A stretch of 64,000 bases of DNA from Lingula anatina (Eukaryota > Animalia > Brachiopoda): assembly GCA_051362555.1 (NCBI GenBank), contig CM120642.1:6944001-7008000 (forward strand), given 5' to 3'. Positions 1 to 15,000 of this stretch are shown here, piece by piece (position 1 is the stretch's first letter; the number at the start of each line of letters is the position of its first letter). Under the pieces are notes generated by a model. It was not told where the DNA came from, ran no database searches, and worked only from the letters and a program-made list of their open reading frames with translations. A program made the translations under genes and the position numbers.

Positions 1-2089
1 ATTTAGTGCTATATCTTTTTAAGACAAATGGGTTTCTTTAATATGTTGCCTGTTAGTATAGGCTTCCTCTCGTTTTGTTATAAATAATCAATGAAATAAA
101 AACAATTCTGGTATGTTATTAATACACAAAATGAAAAAGAAAATCTTTTATTATGTATGAAATATGTGATACCTCCAGTAAACAGACCAGTGTTCTACAT
201 TTACAAGCTGTTTCATTTCACTCCTGAAACCCTTTAAAACGTGTTTTTAAAAATGACAGACTTTTTTCCCATCCTATCTAGTCTATAGCACTTATCCAAA
301 CACCACCTTCCCCCTACCACAGCGCACTCATGCAAAACTACCATCCTGACTGCAAAAGATGAAAATATCTAAACATTTATTTTGGGCGGTACATCGGGAG
401 CTGTTGGGACAGCTGAGGGAGTTGTAAGCTTAATAGAATGGGAAGAGTTATGTCAACAAATAATTTGTGAAAGAAATCACCAATCAGCGCACAGTAGTGA
501 TGGTGCAGAAGGAAGGCATAAAGTACGCTCAGATGGCAAAGGTGGATCCGGAAGACGATAAGGAGGCCAAATACAGGTGTAGCGGATAATTTCATCTCGG
601 TGCTAATACATATATCAGCTTTAAGGGCCGGGTGGTGAAGGGGGATGTTAAATGCTAACTATCAATTAGATATGTATATTTGTCTAGTGAAGAAATTTGT
701 AGGTAGACCAGCAACAGTATATATAAGAGCATGCCAGATTTTTACATCAATCAAAAATGCCACCATAAATCACTTGTATAGATGAAAGCTATATGTCTTT
801 CGATTTCCACAGATGAAACAATAATTTTCAATTTGTGGCTATAAGTATTACTGAAACAATGAGGTGCACTTTATTCAAATGACAAAAATTAAAATAAATA
901 ATATTCACCCTTTAAGGTACTAAAGATTTCGTGTCTTGAATAAATATTCTCAGATCAGCATATGACAGAAGAAAGCAAATCAGCAATCATTTGATTTAAA
1001 TAATAATAATGATAATAATAAGCTTTAAGAGCAGATCTGACAGAGGAAGAGAAACACGGCTGACTAGCTCTTTAACTAAACACCTGGCACACCTGAAAGT
1101 CCACCTGTCTCAATGGATGCTTATCAAACAAAATAAAACCCATGTTTTTTCCTGCTGACCACAAATTCCTCCTCATTTCTGCAGCTGGTCACCTCAATGA
1201 TAACTGTAACACAGGAAACCACAGCTATGTACTACCTTTGTCAAGAGTGTTCCCATGTGTTTTTGTACTACTACGGACAATGTGAGAAGTGGTCTGGTGA
1301 CTTCCAAACTACACTTTTGGAGAAGTCTACGGAAACCACACTAAAAGCTACAATATATATTTGTGTCACTAAATTTTTGCTGTTTTTATTACAAAGGCCC
1401 CACTTTGAAACAACACATATAGAAAAGAATTACAAGGAAACCCCACTACAAGCTGTTTATTCAGGTCACTAAAATTGTTGGTTTTATCATACCGAAAGCA
1501 AAATTGAAAAATGTCATCAAGCATCAAAGGGGTTTTATTTGTTTATTATTACTCAAAAAACTTCCGATTTAGTTCTTTCAATAAAAAACTTTTTAAAAAA
1601 TTATGGCATTAATTCAATACATCTTCTAATTTTAACATGTTGATATACGGATTACCATTCTGTAGATTTTTTTCATTTGGTAAACAAAATCCAAAAACAA
1701 ATCTAATAGTCTTCTAATGGATAGCATAAATATAAATAAACCTTTTAACCCCCTTTTGTAAGTGGTTTTACCTCCATGGATACTAAAGCAATCTATTCTA
1801 TTCTACCTCCAGCAGTACAGCATTCTCATTATGGGAAGCCATAAATAAACCTAGCTTTTTTTTACGGACAGAAAATACAACCAGTGGGTCCCCGGTGGTC
1901 AGAAAATGAGCCTTTTGGGAATGCAGTTTTAAGTCTCTAACAGACCACTGCTTTAAATGCTCCTAGCGATAGAAACATACGAATGCTGGGATAAAAAAGA
2001 ACACAAAAACTGCTACAATTTCATTTCCACTTTTGTTGCCAATTCCAGCACTTTTCCTTCCCTGCCAACCACTAGAGTCAAGTTAAGCA

Positions 2090-2268
2090 AGAGATATTTA
2101 AAGTGACTGACCACGGTACACGCCTCCTGCCGATTCTCCATTAACGAAGTCAGTTTGGTCTTAGCAGAGCTTTTATAGATAGCAAGGGGAGCTGAGACAA
2201 GGAGATAAGACAGAGAAAGAGAAAATCAAAGCTTCCCTCACCTGGTCGGGAAATTCAATCAGGTAAGT
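2090..2268 (+). promoter_or_regulatory. Second candidate promoter / non-coding first exon
   Basis: TATTTAAA at about 2095, locally retained CpGs, and a perfect donor CAG|GTAAGT at 2262/2263. Confidence 0.3.
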
Positions 2269-3272
2269 GACAAAACTTGAGTAAAAACTTTGCAATAGTT
2301 TCTCATCTTCCAGCTGGCCTGGAAGCTCATGGATTCATAATGGAGTTCCTATGAGAGATCTTAATTAGTTCCAAAACATTTGCATAGCTCATTAGGCTGG
2401 AGCTAAATTCTCACAAGAATCCATCTTGGCTTTCTCTAGAGAGATACACTTCATGCGCTTAATTAACTGAATAACTCAATCAGACTTGGTGGAAGGGTTT
2501 GGTCTAAGGACTTCAAAGAAATTTGCTTTGTGTTCACCCTGAAATATGCTGAGAAAATACTAGGAAATGCCTTGATAATTATATATTTATTTTGGTATAT
2601 CATACCTGAAAGGTGAATTCATACCGTCTTCCTTATGCATAAGGTAAACCCTATTCAAACTGATGACATTTTCATTCTAGTTCCTGGGGAAAGGTGGGGT
2701 GTCATGAACTTACCCTATTCAGAACAAAATAGCTAAAGATTATTTTTTCCCCCCTTTTTTTTTGGCAGTTTGAATTAAAATTTAACAAGGAAGCAGTTTA
2801 ACCATTTCCTGAATAAGTATATCAGTTGGTTCCTTTAAAGCGCATGTATGATTCCTTTTTATTATTTTAATATTCATATATCAAAACCTAATGTACTTAT
2901 TGGTATTGAGGTGAATAGCTTCTAGTTGTTAACCATGATATCATATCTTATAAAAAAAGGTGTTTCAAGCAATAAACAAGTAAGAATAATGTTCTCCTAA
3001 TATTTCATATGGTGGTCCAGGTTATTCATCAAAACAAGAAAGAAAAAAGTTCCAGAAAAAATGTTTCCCATTTTCAGCAACTCTAGGATGCAGCTAGGCA
3101 CCAAGTATGTTGAAGACACTTAATCAAATTAAGGGCTCTTAGGATTTTTTGCAAAGGAGCATGTTTCTCCCTATGCTTCTTTTTAATAATGTCAACCAGG
3201 GTGAGGAGAGGAAGAGAGAGGTTTTCCTAAAAATTCAGCTTTTTTTATGAGTGTGCATGTACACGCGCACAA

Positions 3273-3274
<2 letters not shown>

Positions 3275-3314
<40 letters not shown>
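3275..3314. repeat. (CA)n microsatellite
   Basis: Direct reading. Confidence 0.95.
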
Positions 3315-3320
<6 letters not shown>

Positions 3321-4809
3321 ACTATCAAACAAACCAAAGAAAAAGTGATACATTAATCATACTTGATTTTGATATCACATGTATATGCTTGTTTTACATT
3401 ATATGTCTTCCTCAAATGCTGTAATGGTGATCCAGCTACAAAACCTGCAATTTTTCCAAAGGAAAAAAACCACAGGAAAGAATGACAACAGAAAAAAATA
3501 GAAAATTGTTTTAAAGCAGATATGTCAGTCTTTCAAAATATAATAGTTGTCAGTTTGATCATGTCCATAATAGGCACATAGATTTTTTTCTTTTAAATGT
3601 CACGTTATCAGGTCATGGATGCATTTTCGAGATACACAGGTGAGCACTCAAAACCACAACACAGCAACAAAATGGAAGGCCTACGTCATAAAACACTCTT
3701 CCGTTTAGGTGTGTTTAGAGAGAGTTAAAGGGGCCACAGAGCGCACTTAAGCATGCAGAAAATAAACAAACCAGTGCAAAATAAGCAAAAGTGGTTATTG
3801 AGACAGAAAAATGACGCATCTTTGACAGAATTTCAAAACTAGGGTCAACTGGCGCAGGTCGCAGAGAGCTGCAGCACTACAATACACCTTCTTTCCACAG
3901 CCCACCTTTTTACCAACAGGTACAAAAATATTTGTGGAACATTTTGTAAACTTACGGTCTCTGAAGACTGTACGGAGGGGCAGGTTGGGGTTAAAGCAAG
4001 CACCGTTTATCTTCCTTCGTGTGGCATTTATTTTGTAACTTCACACCCCTCCACCTCTTTTACCTTTTATTTAGAATCTCATCTGTCGGAGGAGGAACAT
4101 ATTCACGGGTAATTCACACCTGTCTAAATAGTAAAAACTGAAAATGTTTTGGCATAAATAGCAATAACTAGGTGTTTTAATGTGAATCAGCAAATCTAAA
4201 CAACACTTGGTGTATGTATGGGAAGGAGGGATGCTGGCCATGAAACCTGTGTGCCCCTAGTATACTCAGTACAAAAAAGAGATCACCTATCTTAATTGGG
4301 ACGTTCCTCGGACCTGCTTGGAAGTGCTTCAAAAATTGTTTAAATTTTTGGGCTCTGTCCTTCTTTTCAGCTATAAAAATATTTTTTTTATGCCTCCTTA
4401 CAAAACAAGAAAAACCCACTGACATTTATATCTGTGTGATAATTCTGTTTTTAATTGTGCTGACAAGATATTTAGCAAGTAAAGTATCCCAGGTATAATA
4501 TAAGAACCGAAATCACAGAGATATTCACAAAACAGAGATATAAAATAATCACTTCTGAAAAAAAAACTTTAATTCAGTGTACATCAGGGGGTAATGAAAA
4601 TGTGAGAATCTGACAGGGGGTGAAGGAAATTAGACCCAGGTCATAAAACTTCAGATCCTTAGAATCTGCACTCCCCGGGGAGAGGCAAGAGACATTTCAA
4701 CCCACCATTTTCCACAATATCTTAATATTTCCAATCCCACACATGCTGCACAATAGAAATGCCCCAATTGTGATGCTAATTAGTTCTCATTACCCTTCAT
4801 ATCACAACA

Positions 4810-5266
4810 TCCCAATCAAAAACTCGGCCTTCCTCAGCTCTCAAAAGAGCAACTTTCTCATTGGTCAATTTCATTGGACAGTGGGCGTGGCTTAAATGAG
4901 TGTGACTGACAGCTGAAAGGTTCATTAAATCCACACTGAGCTGTCAGTGGCAGACTCACTCAGTCATTCTGTCTTGTGGAGTATTTAAAGTGGAGTTGGG
5001 GGGCACCCAGAACATGCCTGATTGTATAAAACCATAGGAACTGTTTTATGGAGTTATAAACTGTGACATGTCACTGTTGATTTCTGGTAACGTTTTTATC
5101 TTCATCTTTGGAGCTTTACTTATTGCGCAGAACTGATCTGTCCAGGTTATTTACCCACTTACCCACGAGGAAATTGAGAGTACAAACAGTGAAGACCACT
5201 GTCCACTATAAACATCTGCGTAGTTCTCAGTACACAGCTTAGAGGAAAATACTATTTGAGGTAAGA
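4810..5266 (+). promoter_or_regulatory. Candidate promoter plus non-coding first exon
   Basis: CCAAT/ATTGG boxes (about 4812, 4860, 4873), GC box GGGCGTGG (about 4883), TATTTAAA (about 4982), then donor GAG|GTAAGA at 5260/5261. Confidence 0.35.
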
Positions 5267-8200
5267 TATAGAACATGTGTTATCAAGCAGGCTTGGGGTA
5301 CCATTACATAATGTATTGCTTGGTATTAGTGTTCGCACAATTTTGTACTAAAAATAGCAGAAAATTAATCAATATCAATAATAAATTTAAAAAAAATAAC
5401 TAAGTTCTGCATCATTAAAATACTGCTCCTCCAAAGTTCACTGTCAAATATGTGTACATATCAAATGTGTCTCAATTACTAAAAATATTCCAAGTTGACG
5501 GAAGTGCAATGATGGCAAGTTTTGTTATTGTTACTAAAGGAGAATTATGATAGCAACTGCCAACACAGTGTGGGTATCTGGTGGTTGAAGAGAGGGGTGA
5601 ACATTATACAAACCAAGACAGAAATCAAAACCACTTAACAGTTATAACTACAGGCAAACAACATGGGGTAAATAATCATGAGATGTGGTCGCCTGGGCTT
5701 TGCATTATATCTTCTTAAAAAAAATAATAATAATAATAATACCTGATGAAAAGGAAAAAAAAAAGAATTTTCTTGATTTTTTTTCATACTTTATTAAATA
5801 AACATAATATGTACCAGGTAAAAATCAAATTCTAATCAGTCGGCTTTGATGAAACATTTCTAGATTATTTCTATCTATAAATGTTTACAAATTAAAGCCT
5901 AAATACCCCCCTTAACTGATAATTTGGCACTATATCACTTAAATACAAACAATTAGAATGTCTGATCTTATCATCCTTGCATTACTATTCTTCCCTTTTT
6001 TCTTCCACCTTGGATTACTTCAGGCACAATTTACAGTGTAGTTGTAACAGTTTAACTATTTCTCTACTCTATGACCAAGTGACTATGACCTCTCTTACAC
6101 TGATATTTAAGAGAAATGTTGCTGCTTGGTGGTGGGGTGGTAACAGAAATAATGCTCATGGTCTGCTGAAGCTATGCTAAGCCCTCACGTGTGGACTATG
6201 AATATGTGTTTAGAAACAGGGAAGAATGCAGTCTGCTAAGACTTAAATTGAGTCCTCATAAGTTAACTGTAAATTTGCCCCAAGAGCAGATGAGGACAGT
6301 AATATGATGTTGAATCCAGCCCAAGGTGAAATAACATGACCTAATGTTATCACCTGGGCCGTGGGGGAGGTATGGGGAATGTCCGTATCAGTATTAATAG
6401 ATACACTGCCATGATATTGGTGATGTATTTACTGTTAAAAGGAGGGGATAAGATAACTGTTAAAAAAAAAGTTCAAATACATCAAGTCAGGTAAAGCAAG
6501 ACAGGCCTTATTTGAGAAATTACACAGAATAATATAATGGAAGAAAAGTCTTATTTATAGTACTATTTTAGTGTAATGCCATTTCATCATCATGTTTTAC
6601 ATTTCTTTTTCATTTGCATAACCTTTTTCATAATAATTTGTCCAACATATGGATGTACATATAAAAATAAATATGGTTAACCCATTTTTCATGACTAAAA
6701 AAAGGGTCATCAAAATGATGTAATCAATTTAGTAACATAAACAAATCTAGTAATACAAATAGTAAAAAAAAGGAAAAAACAATGCTTGCATCCTGCACAC
6801 AATGCCTTCCATTTCCTCTCCATTAGTAGGCTAATGGTGAACATCCCAAGGCTAAGGTCACTACTTCGCAAAAACAAAAGCAACAAAGAAGAGCAAACAT
6901 GTTGAAAAATAGTGGAGCTACTGGTGCTTTTCATTCCCGCTTGAGGCTAGAAACGATACGGCTGTGGAGAAGAATCTCCAATTATCATTAAGAAATTACA
7001 GATCTTGCACAACACTCGGCAGTCTTGCATGCCTGTTAAGAAGAGTAAATTAAGAGGTGGAACCATGACCCTCAGCCACCCCCCATTGGTCTCAGAATTA
7101 AGGGGGTCATCCCTCCCGCCTTTGAAGTTGGTAAATATAGACCCCCACAACAATGGAAACGTCGCACAGCAAGAAATACTAGAGATGTATTCGAGGGGTT
7201 AAAATGCATGTCTTTGAAGCCTGTAAGAATAGATCACCACGTACCTACACAATAAGAACTTGGACTGTAACTTCCCATAGGGTCTAATTATCTAAAAATA
7301 TCCCCATTCCCTTGGCGGGCTGAAAATACTCATTTTTCTGACCAGCAGATACCGCGGACAGCATGTAAGTGCCAAGGGAGAAAAAAAATGTTCCTGGCTG
7401 GCAAGCACTTATATATAGGACCAGAACCCGACTGACTGTTACATGTTTAAGATGCCCCGATGAATTTGTGGCGTAGGCTTCCTGAGATGCAAAAACAATT
7501 GGTAGCAAATGGAGGTCTTTAGTTGGTCTCTAAATCAATTAGGGAGGTTTTTTAAAAAGTCAACAAGGGCACACTTATCCCATAAAAGCTAACTGTTGTG
7601 ACAAGTTAAGTTATCACGCCATCTTCTGGATACGTGAATTATGGCTGTTACTACAAGAAGGCTCGGCTTGAACCAGTCAAATCAAGACATTAAAATATTT
7701 TTTCATCCCACAGCTTCCATTTTGTGTTTTTCCTACAACTACTATGAAAGCTTTTTATGTAAGGTAATAAAGCATCATGATGACTGAAGGGCTATATAGC
7801 ACACCTATCATTGGAACCAAATACCAAGTTGTAGACAGCTATGTTTGTAGCTTTCTTGGATGAATGGATCTCTATTTAGAAAGAAATAATACAAAAAGAC
7901 TGTTAGTAGTTTAAGTCCTTTTGATTCAAATACAAACACATCTTGCACTAATATTCCATCGGGACCCAAGACATATGATATAAAGAACAATGAACGTTCA
8001 GGCCTAAGGCTGAGAAAGAAAATATGGGGGAGGTTCTTTTGTGAAAAGAGTGATGTCACATCGGTTCGGATGTCTCAATTTTCAGTGTGACCACAAGGGT
8101 AAAAACAGCCAACCTTTTGAAACAGTTTTCCTTAGAGTTCAAAGGGAACAAACAAAATCCTACCACTGACCACTGTGAGAGGGGCAGAGTATTCTTAGAC

Positions 8201-8993
8201 AGGTCATTTTTTAAACTAATGGAACACCAAATACCACACTTCAATACTTCACCGAAATTAATTTTAAGTGGCAGCTTCCATCTACATCTAAGAACCACCC
8301 CATACAGTTTCACATGTGCTGGTCTCAGATCCATTTACTTCATTGTATTCGGTCACTTCTTCATGCCCATTATTACTGCTTGAGAACAAAATCCAACTTC
8401 AGCAAAATAAATTCTTTTCAAAATATTTCATGCATTTAAAGAGACAATATTCATTTCAAAAAGGAGCATGGGTTTTATAAGCTGTCACATCTATAACAGG
8501 ACATAAAGGGAAAAATAAGATAAAAGAGATGTTTCTTTAAGAACTCCTTGGAGCTACTGTGACATCACCCTTTTCACTGCCATTTAAATACATGTATATA
8601 TCTATATCAGCAACGGGCATAATTCTCAGTCAAAAGGTTCCCTAAAATCTATGCTGAATACCAATTCCAATGGTAATTCTCTGCTATAACTTGGCTCCTA
8701 TAAACAACATAATCAGCTGATGGTTTGCAAGATTTCCCCTTTCCAAAAAAAAGATACTGTTTAGTCGACACAGTCATTTATGATGCAGTATGTGCTAAAG
8801 CAGTGTGAATTCACTGATAAAACGGCCTCAGTTTCCCATTGGCAACTGTGAGAGTTGATTAAATGGAACCTTATAGCTCTGATAAAACCTTACTTACAGG
8901 AGATGTTACTGACTATGAAGAGAGATCAAATCTTTACCCGAAAAAAAAGTGCATGAAGACTTCTACTCAACTGGTGTGTGTGAATGTGCATGC

Positions 8994-8995
<2 letters not shown>

Positions 8996-9032
<37 letters not shown>
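8996..9032. repeat. (GA)n microsatellite
   Basis: Direct reading. Confidence 0.95.
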
Positions 9033-9036
<4 letters not shown>

Positions 9037-12000
9037 AGGGAGAGGTTAAATAAGAATTATCACAATCATTATTAGATACAAAAAAGTGCATAGAAAAAAT
9101 AGTTTGATTCTATTCTCTAAACTTGCCAAGCTGAGTTTCAGCCTTTTAGCATTTTGAAAGAAATGAGGAAAAATAACTGAATGCAAAGAAGAAACATCTA
9201 ATGTAACATAAAAATGGGTAATTTTGTCGGAAAACATTTGGATATCACAGCTCATAAATGTCCATTTCCCCAGAGCTGTCATGTCAGATCTGCTATCTTA
9301 GCACATAACTATTTGTCAAGAGAACACATAACTAATAATCTTGCCCATCAAGTCATTAATCAGCTAAATATGTCTACATAGAGAGATAGTGGGGGTTTTG
9401 TGACACAGATCACATTGGGTCTACAGATAAAGCTCATGCTAGTTTGTAAAAGGCTGGTGGAAAATGATGGGGTGTTTTGAACTAAGGTTTTGCTGTCATC
9501 TAAGTTCTGGGCAGATTGTTGCGTTGTTATGACCTGTGGAGGAATTATCTTTTAATTTTCTCATGGTGAGTTAAAATTTTCTATGTTATTAATTTTATAA
9601 ACAGCAAAGCAAGGTTAATAGGCCCTTTGGGAAAGCGGGTTTCAGGGAAGGGGGTTAAAAAAAAAAAACCTTTTGGCCTGAAAAGGTCTGGTCTAAAACA
9701 AAGCACACAGGTTTTCACAGTATAAATTATATTAAGTATAGACTCATAGCATATAACATTATTTGTTATCTTTTAAAAATACCCCCTAAAATGAAGCAAA
9801 ACGCCATTTCCTGATAATCAAAAATACATAAACATAAATAACTTGGTCTTGCTGTGGACCATTAAACTTTTCTATTATTTCTGTCCCTCCTTTGGAAAGC
9901 TACCTACAGTATCTCTAATGTAAATGCACATGTATATATAGGACCCAGCATATAAAACCTTTGTTTTGTAAACTCCACAAAGTCACATGAACTCTCACTT
10001 CCAAGGCTTAATAACATATATCTAGTTCTCAGCCTTCTCTCATAACCCCCGTCTCTCTAATCTAGCCATCATCCCCCAAAATTACAAAATTGGATTTCAT
10101 CATAATTTGAGGTGTCTAGCCCCTAATTATGTATATCGCTCTTAACTGGATAAAGTGATAAAATGCGCAATAATCAAGAGATGATGGGGCCACAGCAGTC
10201 AGCAGGCCCTGGGGTTACGGCACTGTTTTCATACCTTTAATTCCTTATTCAACAAACTGCCCAGGTAGCCATCTCAAGTCATGATCTAAGACAGCCATAA
10301 ATAGGATTCTTCTTTAAGTCCCCTTAATTCAATTTAGCACAGGTGAGCAGTGCTGTGCAATAGGTATCCATTACTCCATTACATAATGTGTCTTATGTGT
10401 GGGTCTCTTCATACCTTAGAGAGAAGGCTCTCTTTGAAAAGATTTTTGGGACAAAATTCTGGACACTACTGGACCAGAAGAGTTGAGGAAGGGTCTATGA
10501 ATGTTTAATCTCTGAGACTTGACTTATATAATTTGTGACAAAGAAATGTGGAGTGTCTATAGGTGACTGAAAGGAGGAGGTAGTAATTAGTTTTCCCTCT
10601 TTCATTTTATTCTGGATGTGTTATTTTACTCTGATTCTGACTCTTGCTTCTGTTCGACTCCTGTGCATTCTTCCTATTGTTCCTATCATTGTGTTAACCC
10701 CACACATTTTTTTACAATCTATATATATATATATCTAAAAGGACAAGATTATAAAATTAAAAATGTATACAATGTCCACTCACACAAAAGGTAATCATTG
10801 GTGTCTTGATGCCACCCAAGAATTATTCATTCATCACAAATAAGTTAATCTCCAATGAAGTGTCATTGCAACCAAACATCTACATATTACTTGTGTATCT
10901 CTCTCAGTCCACTGATAATACACAATCCTGTTCATTAACATGACTTTATTAGATTTCAAATAGGGCTAGAGGCCAACTGCAAAAAGCTCTCTGCTGTGCT
11001 CTATCTTGACAGTTAACTCTGTCAGATTAACTGCAGAGAGAAAATTAAATGAGTAACAGTACTAAAATAGTACTATACTTTCTCTCACTGTGGTACAGGC
11101 TTAAGTGGCTGGGGTGGTGAGGGGGGGGGGAGGAAGAGGAGTGTTAGAGTATATATGCATGTGTATATAGATATGTGTATGTGCTTGTGTACATGCATAT
11201 AAAGCTAGGGTAACAGTCTTATTTATTTAACAAAACTGCAATTTACCCTATGTGTAAAAACATCACTTCTCGCTGGATATGTTAATCTTATCAACCTCCC
11301 CACTAATGGCATATACTTAAGGCGTTTTAGGAGGGCCATTACATTGCACATGGTGCTCAGCACGTGCAAAATGAACCCCAGCAGAATTCCTGAACGGGAC
11401 GTACCAACGTGTCTGTTTTTTCATGCACAATCTTCCCCTGTTTCCATTTAACTCCCTAACAACAAGCATCCGCCGCGAACATACTCTCCCTGTTGAATGT
11501 CAGTGCCTTATTCTCGCCTTTGCAACAACATTAACAGAGTGGCCTTAATATTGCAATTATTCTCTTACAAGCTGCTGCACACATTTGTTCAGCTTGTCCA
11601 AACAGTTGTATGTTTTGGTGAGTTGGTGGGTGACAGGGTGGGTCTAGTGTTCCTTGGGGGGATATTTGGTACTCCAATCAGCATGCCTTGCTGTCTGGCT
11701 GCATGTAACCTTGTTCCATGCTCCACCTGATTTGGCAGTGGCTAAAATATAAAAGGGTGCCACTTGCAGAGGTATATATAACGTTTGGGATGTTAAGTGT
11801 CAGACAGTTAAATTCAATGAAAAGTGCAAAGCTAGCAACCTAAATACTACCTGTGCTCCTCTAAGAATTGGTGAATCACTATCTAAATAGATGAGGCATC
11901 AAATCAAATTGAATAAGAATACATCCGAGTCCGATGGAATTTTTGAGTTGGAAGAGCTGTCTAAAAGGAGTTTTGTTTTGTATACGTTAATATGCACTAA

Positions 12001-15000
12001 ATACATGCCCATCTCTATAATGATTAATAAATCTTATCACAACTCATATTTTATGAAATAGTTTTCACACAATATTGATATGAACCAAGACACCCCTTTA
12101 GTGGACTGCCATATGGCAGATATACATGTACCACTTCTAACAGGCAAAATATTATGGTAGAAAATTAATTCTGAAATTGATCAAATTTTCCACTATACTG
12201 CCTTACAGAAAATTCAATATATTCATCCATCTGTATAATAGCCTTCTTTAAACACCTAATTCTCAATGGAATCCGTTTCAGAACGCTCCGGTGCCGTTAA
12301 TTATTATAGCTCAATATGCTGAAATGGGTCAGAAATATCAGAATGATTTCTCTCGTTTTAAATTCATGCTCCATGGGCTGATATGAATAATGACAAATGA
12401 AATGATAAATTTTCAATGCAGATAATATCCCATGCCGAAGTCTCGTCAGTCACTGCCATTTAAATAATTGTCATCATCTGTAATTAATACCCGGGACTTC
12501 ATTGAAGACTATTGATTTCAGTTTATCTTCTTCATACTCTCTTGCACAAGACTCCCATTTTGCTATATATTTATCTGAGTGCATACTTCTCAGTTAAACA
12601 TAAATAGCAAAATTATCTGTATCTAGGCTGAGTTAATTATGAAAATTAAATGTTTCAAATAAAATTCTTAAATATGGGACAGCATAGGTGGAAAAATCCA
12701 ATCAAGTGAGATTTTTAAAATTTATGTAGGGTGTAGGGATAGGATATTAACTGGTATATGCAGATCTATGAGCTCTGTGTCAGGAGACTACTAGGAAACA
12801 GGCCATAAACAGATCAAAAGGACATGACGATCTTCGATGAAACTTCATTAATGGTGGAAATGAAATTAAAACTCTTTCATAATAGCATGATGCTCAATTA
12901 AGTAAGTCATTATCCAGTGCAGGATATTCACTAATAACCAGAAAGGATATCATTAAACTACTCAAGTTTGAAAACAAAGAACAATGACAGAAGACATAAA
13001 TACTCTATTAGAGCAATTATTAACTGTTCAAAAGAGAAGTCCATTAACCTTTCCCTCATTTCACCAATAATAATAAAGAGCACGCCTAAAGCGGATAACT
13101 CTCCATCACTCCCCTGGCTATCTCTTTTAAGGCAATCTTTCCATGAACTGGCACATTTAAGAGCCAAATTAATACCAGCCAGAACTGATACTTTCAAAGT
13201 AATTTCCCCTCAAGAGGCAAAGCCATAGCGATAGAGCATGAGGAGCCGCAGTGCAAATTACTATTTGTGTTACCTAGCTGAGGTATTTAGCCACCTTGTG
13301 AGAGAATGGAACAATGCTAAGTACCCTCAATCAATTGATTTGGATCCAAACTACTGAAAAGCCCACTGGAACATGGGGTGTTATGGTGTAAGAAGCTTTA
13401 CCCAAGAGTAACATTAGTACAACAGGTTAACTGAGGGAGGGGGGTCCTAAATTGACCTTACAAGGGGAGAGCTCTTTCAAAGGGACTTATTTTGGTATGT
13501 TTTCTTGGAGTCATTCTTAGGAATTTCTATATTCATGCTATAGGTCTTGTGTTAAGATGGGAATTGTTGCCTAATATATAAAATAATGTTCATATCTAAA
13601 ATCACAAAATTTACAACATTTCAACTTTTTATCTGACACTTATGCATACTAAATTGTTTTTGATTATTTTTTAAACTAGATAAGATAAGAAAAAAACCAT
13701 GGAATTTTCTGATTGCCAAACATGTAATCTAATTTTAAAGTGTTGAAATAGTTGTACCAAAAAGAAAGATAAAAAGCTTGAGGGGTCTCTGGAACACACA
13801 CCTGTAATATACAAACGCACACAAGCACAATAAGCCTTGCAAATTCTTTGCAAAGCAATAACCAACACCTTTTGTCTTCTTAAGTCTCATACAGTGACAG
13901 TACAACATTTTCTGTAAACATCTGTAGCATCTCTCAACAACAAGTCAATAACTTATGTCAACCCCTGTAGAACCCCTCAAAGGAACTACAACAATGTATG
14001 TTAGCTCCCTTAGTCCAAATACAGCAGGCAGACACGAGGGCAACAATAACAGTTAACATGACTTATAACGAAGTCGGCTGCTACCACCAACCTGGAGTCC
14101 CTTACATAGGTGTTCTGTTAATCCCACCAGGTAATCCTTCCTAATCCCACTTCTACATGGGGTATTAAGCACGGGCAAACTTTCGACAGGGCTGTCCAAA
14201 CAGGACCAAAACTACACTTTTACCTTCTTTAAAATGTGAGACCAGTTACGGCAATGCAGGATTGGGGCTTGATAATGCAAGGTTATGGGCCACAGAGATG
14301 TATAACTCTTGATCAGCTATCATTCCTCCAGGTTTTGGTCTTAGAGGTTTTGACTCTTAGTCCCTTCACATGTATATATAGTTTATAAGCAGTAAGTTTC
14401 ATAAATACATGTGGCTGTCAAAAATTCTTCATACAAGAGCCCTGTACATGGACAGCTAGTTTAAAGCCAATTGCTCATCAATACCTGTGATCTTTCCGAA
14501 CTGTTGATCTGTGCAGAGCTCAATGTTGTATTTCTAGCTCCTCCACCTCGACTTTGACGCATGCCGCTTCGTAATCCCGAGCCTACATTTCAATAATGTT
14601 TGTCATCAAATGGCTGTTTCTGTAAGTGTAAGAGGAATGCAACAGTTTCACCTTGTCATGCAATACTTCAGGTTTTATATTTGTGGTGTCTCTGCATGTA
14701 TCACTCCAAATTGATTGAAGAATGGTGCTTTTTTTACACCCTTTACCATCTTTTCCGATTAATTGTCATTTATTCTGTTTTGGAAACCCTTAATTGTGAG
14801 AGAGTGAATATTCCGATTCATCTTTTTGTGACATCACATAAAATCTATGTCAGCAAGATTTTTTTTACTTGATTTTTTCCTTTCACAGCTGAAAACAGCA
14901 TCATAAGGAAAAGCAAGCATAAATTTTGAACTGACAAAAGCAAACTGCACCCATTTACACTTCTACATGGCCATCTGACAAGGATTCCATGTAAAACTGT

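Noticed and set aside
13960-13985. miR-10-like CCCTGTAGAACC (and miR-100-like AACCCGTA at 21901)
   Set aside because: The match stops after the seed region and there is no supporting hairpin.
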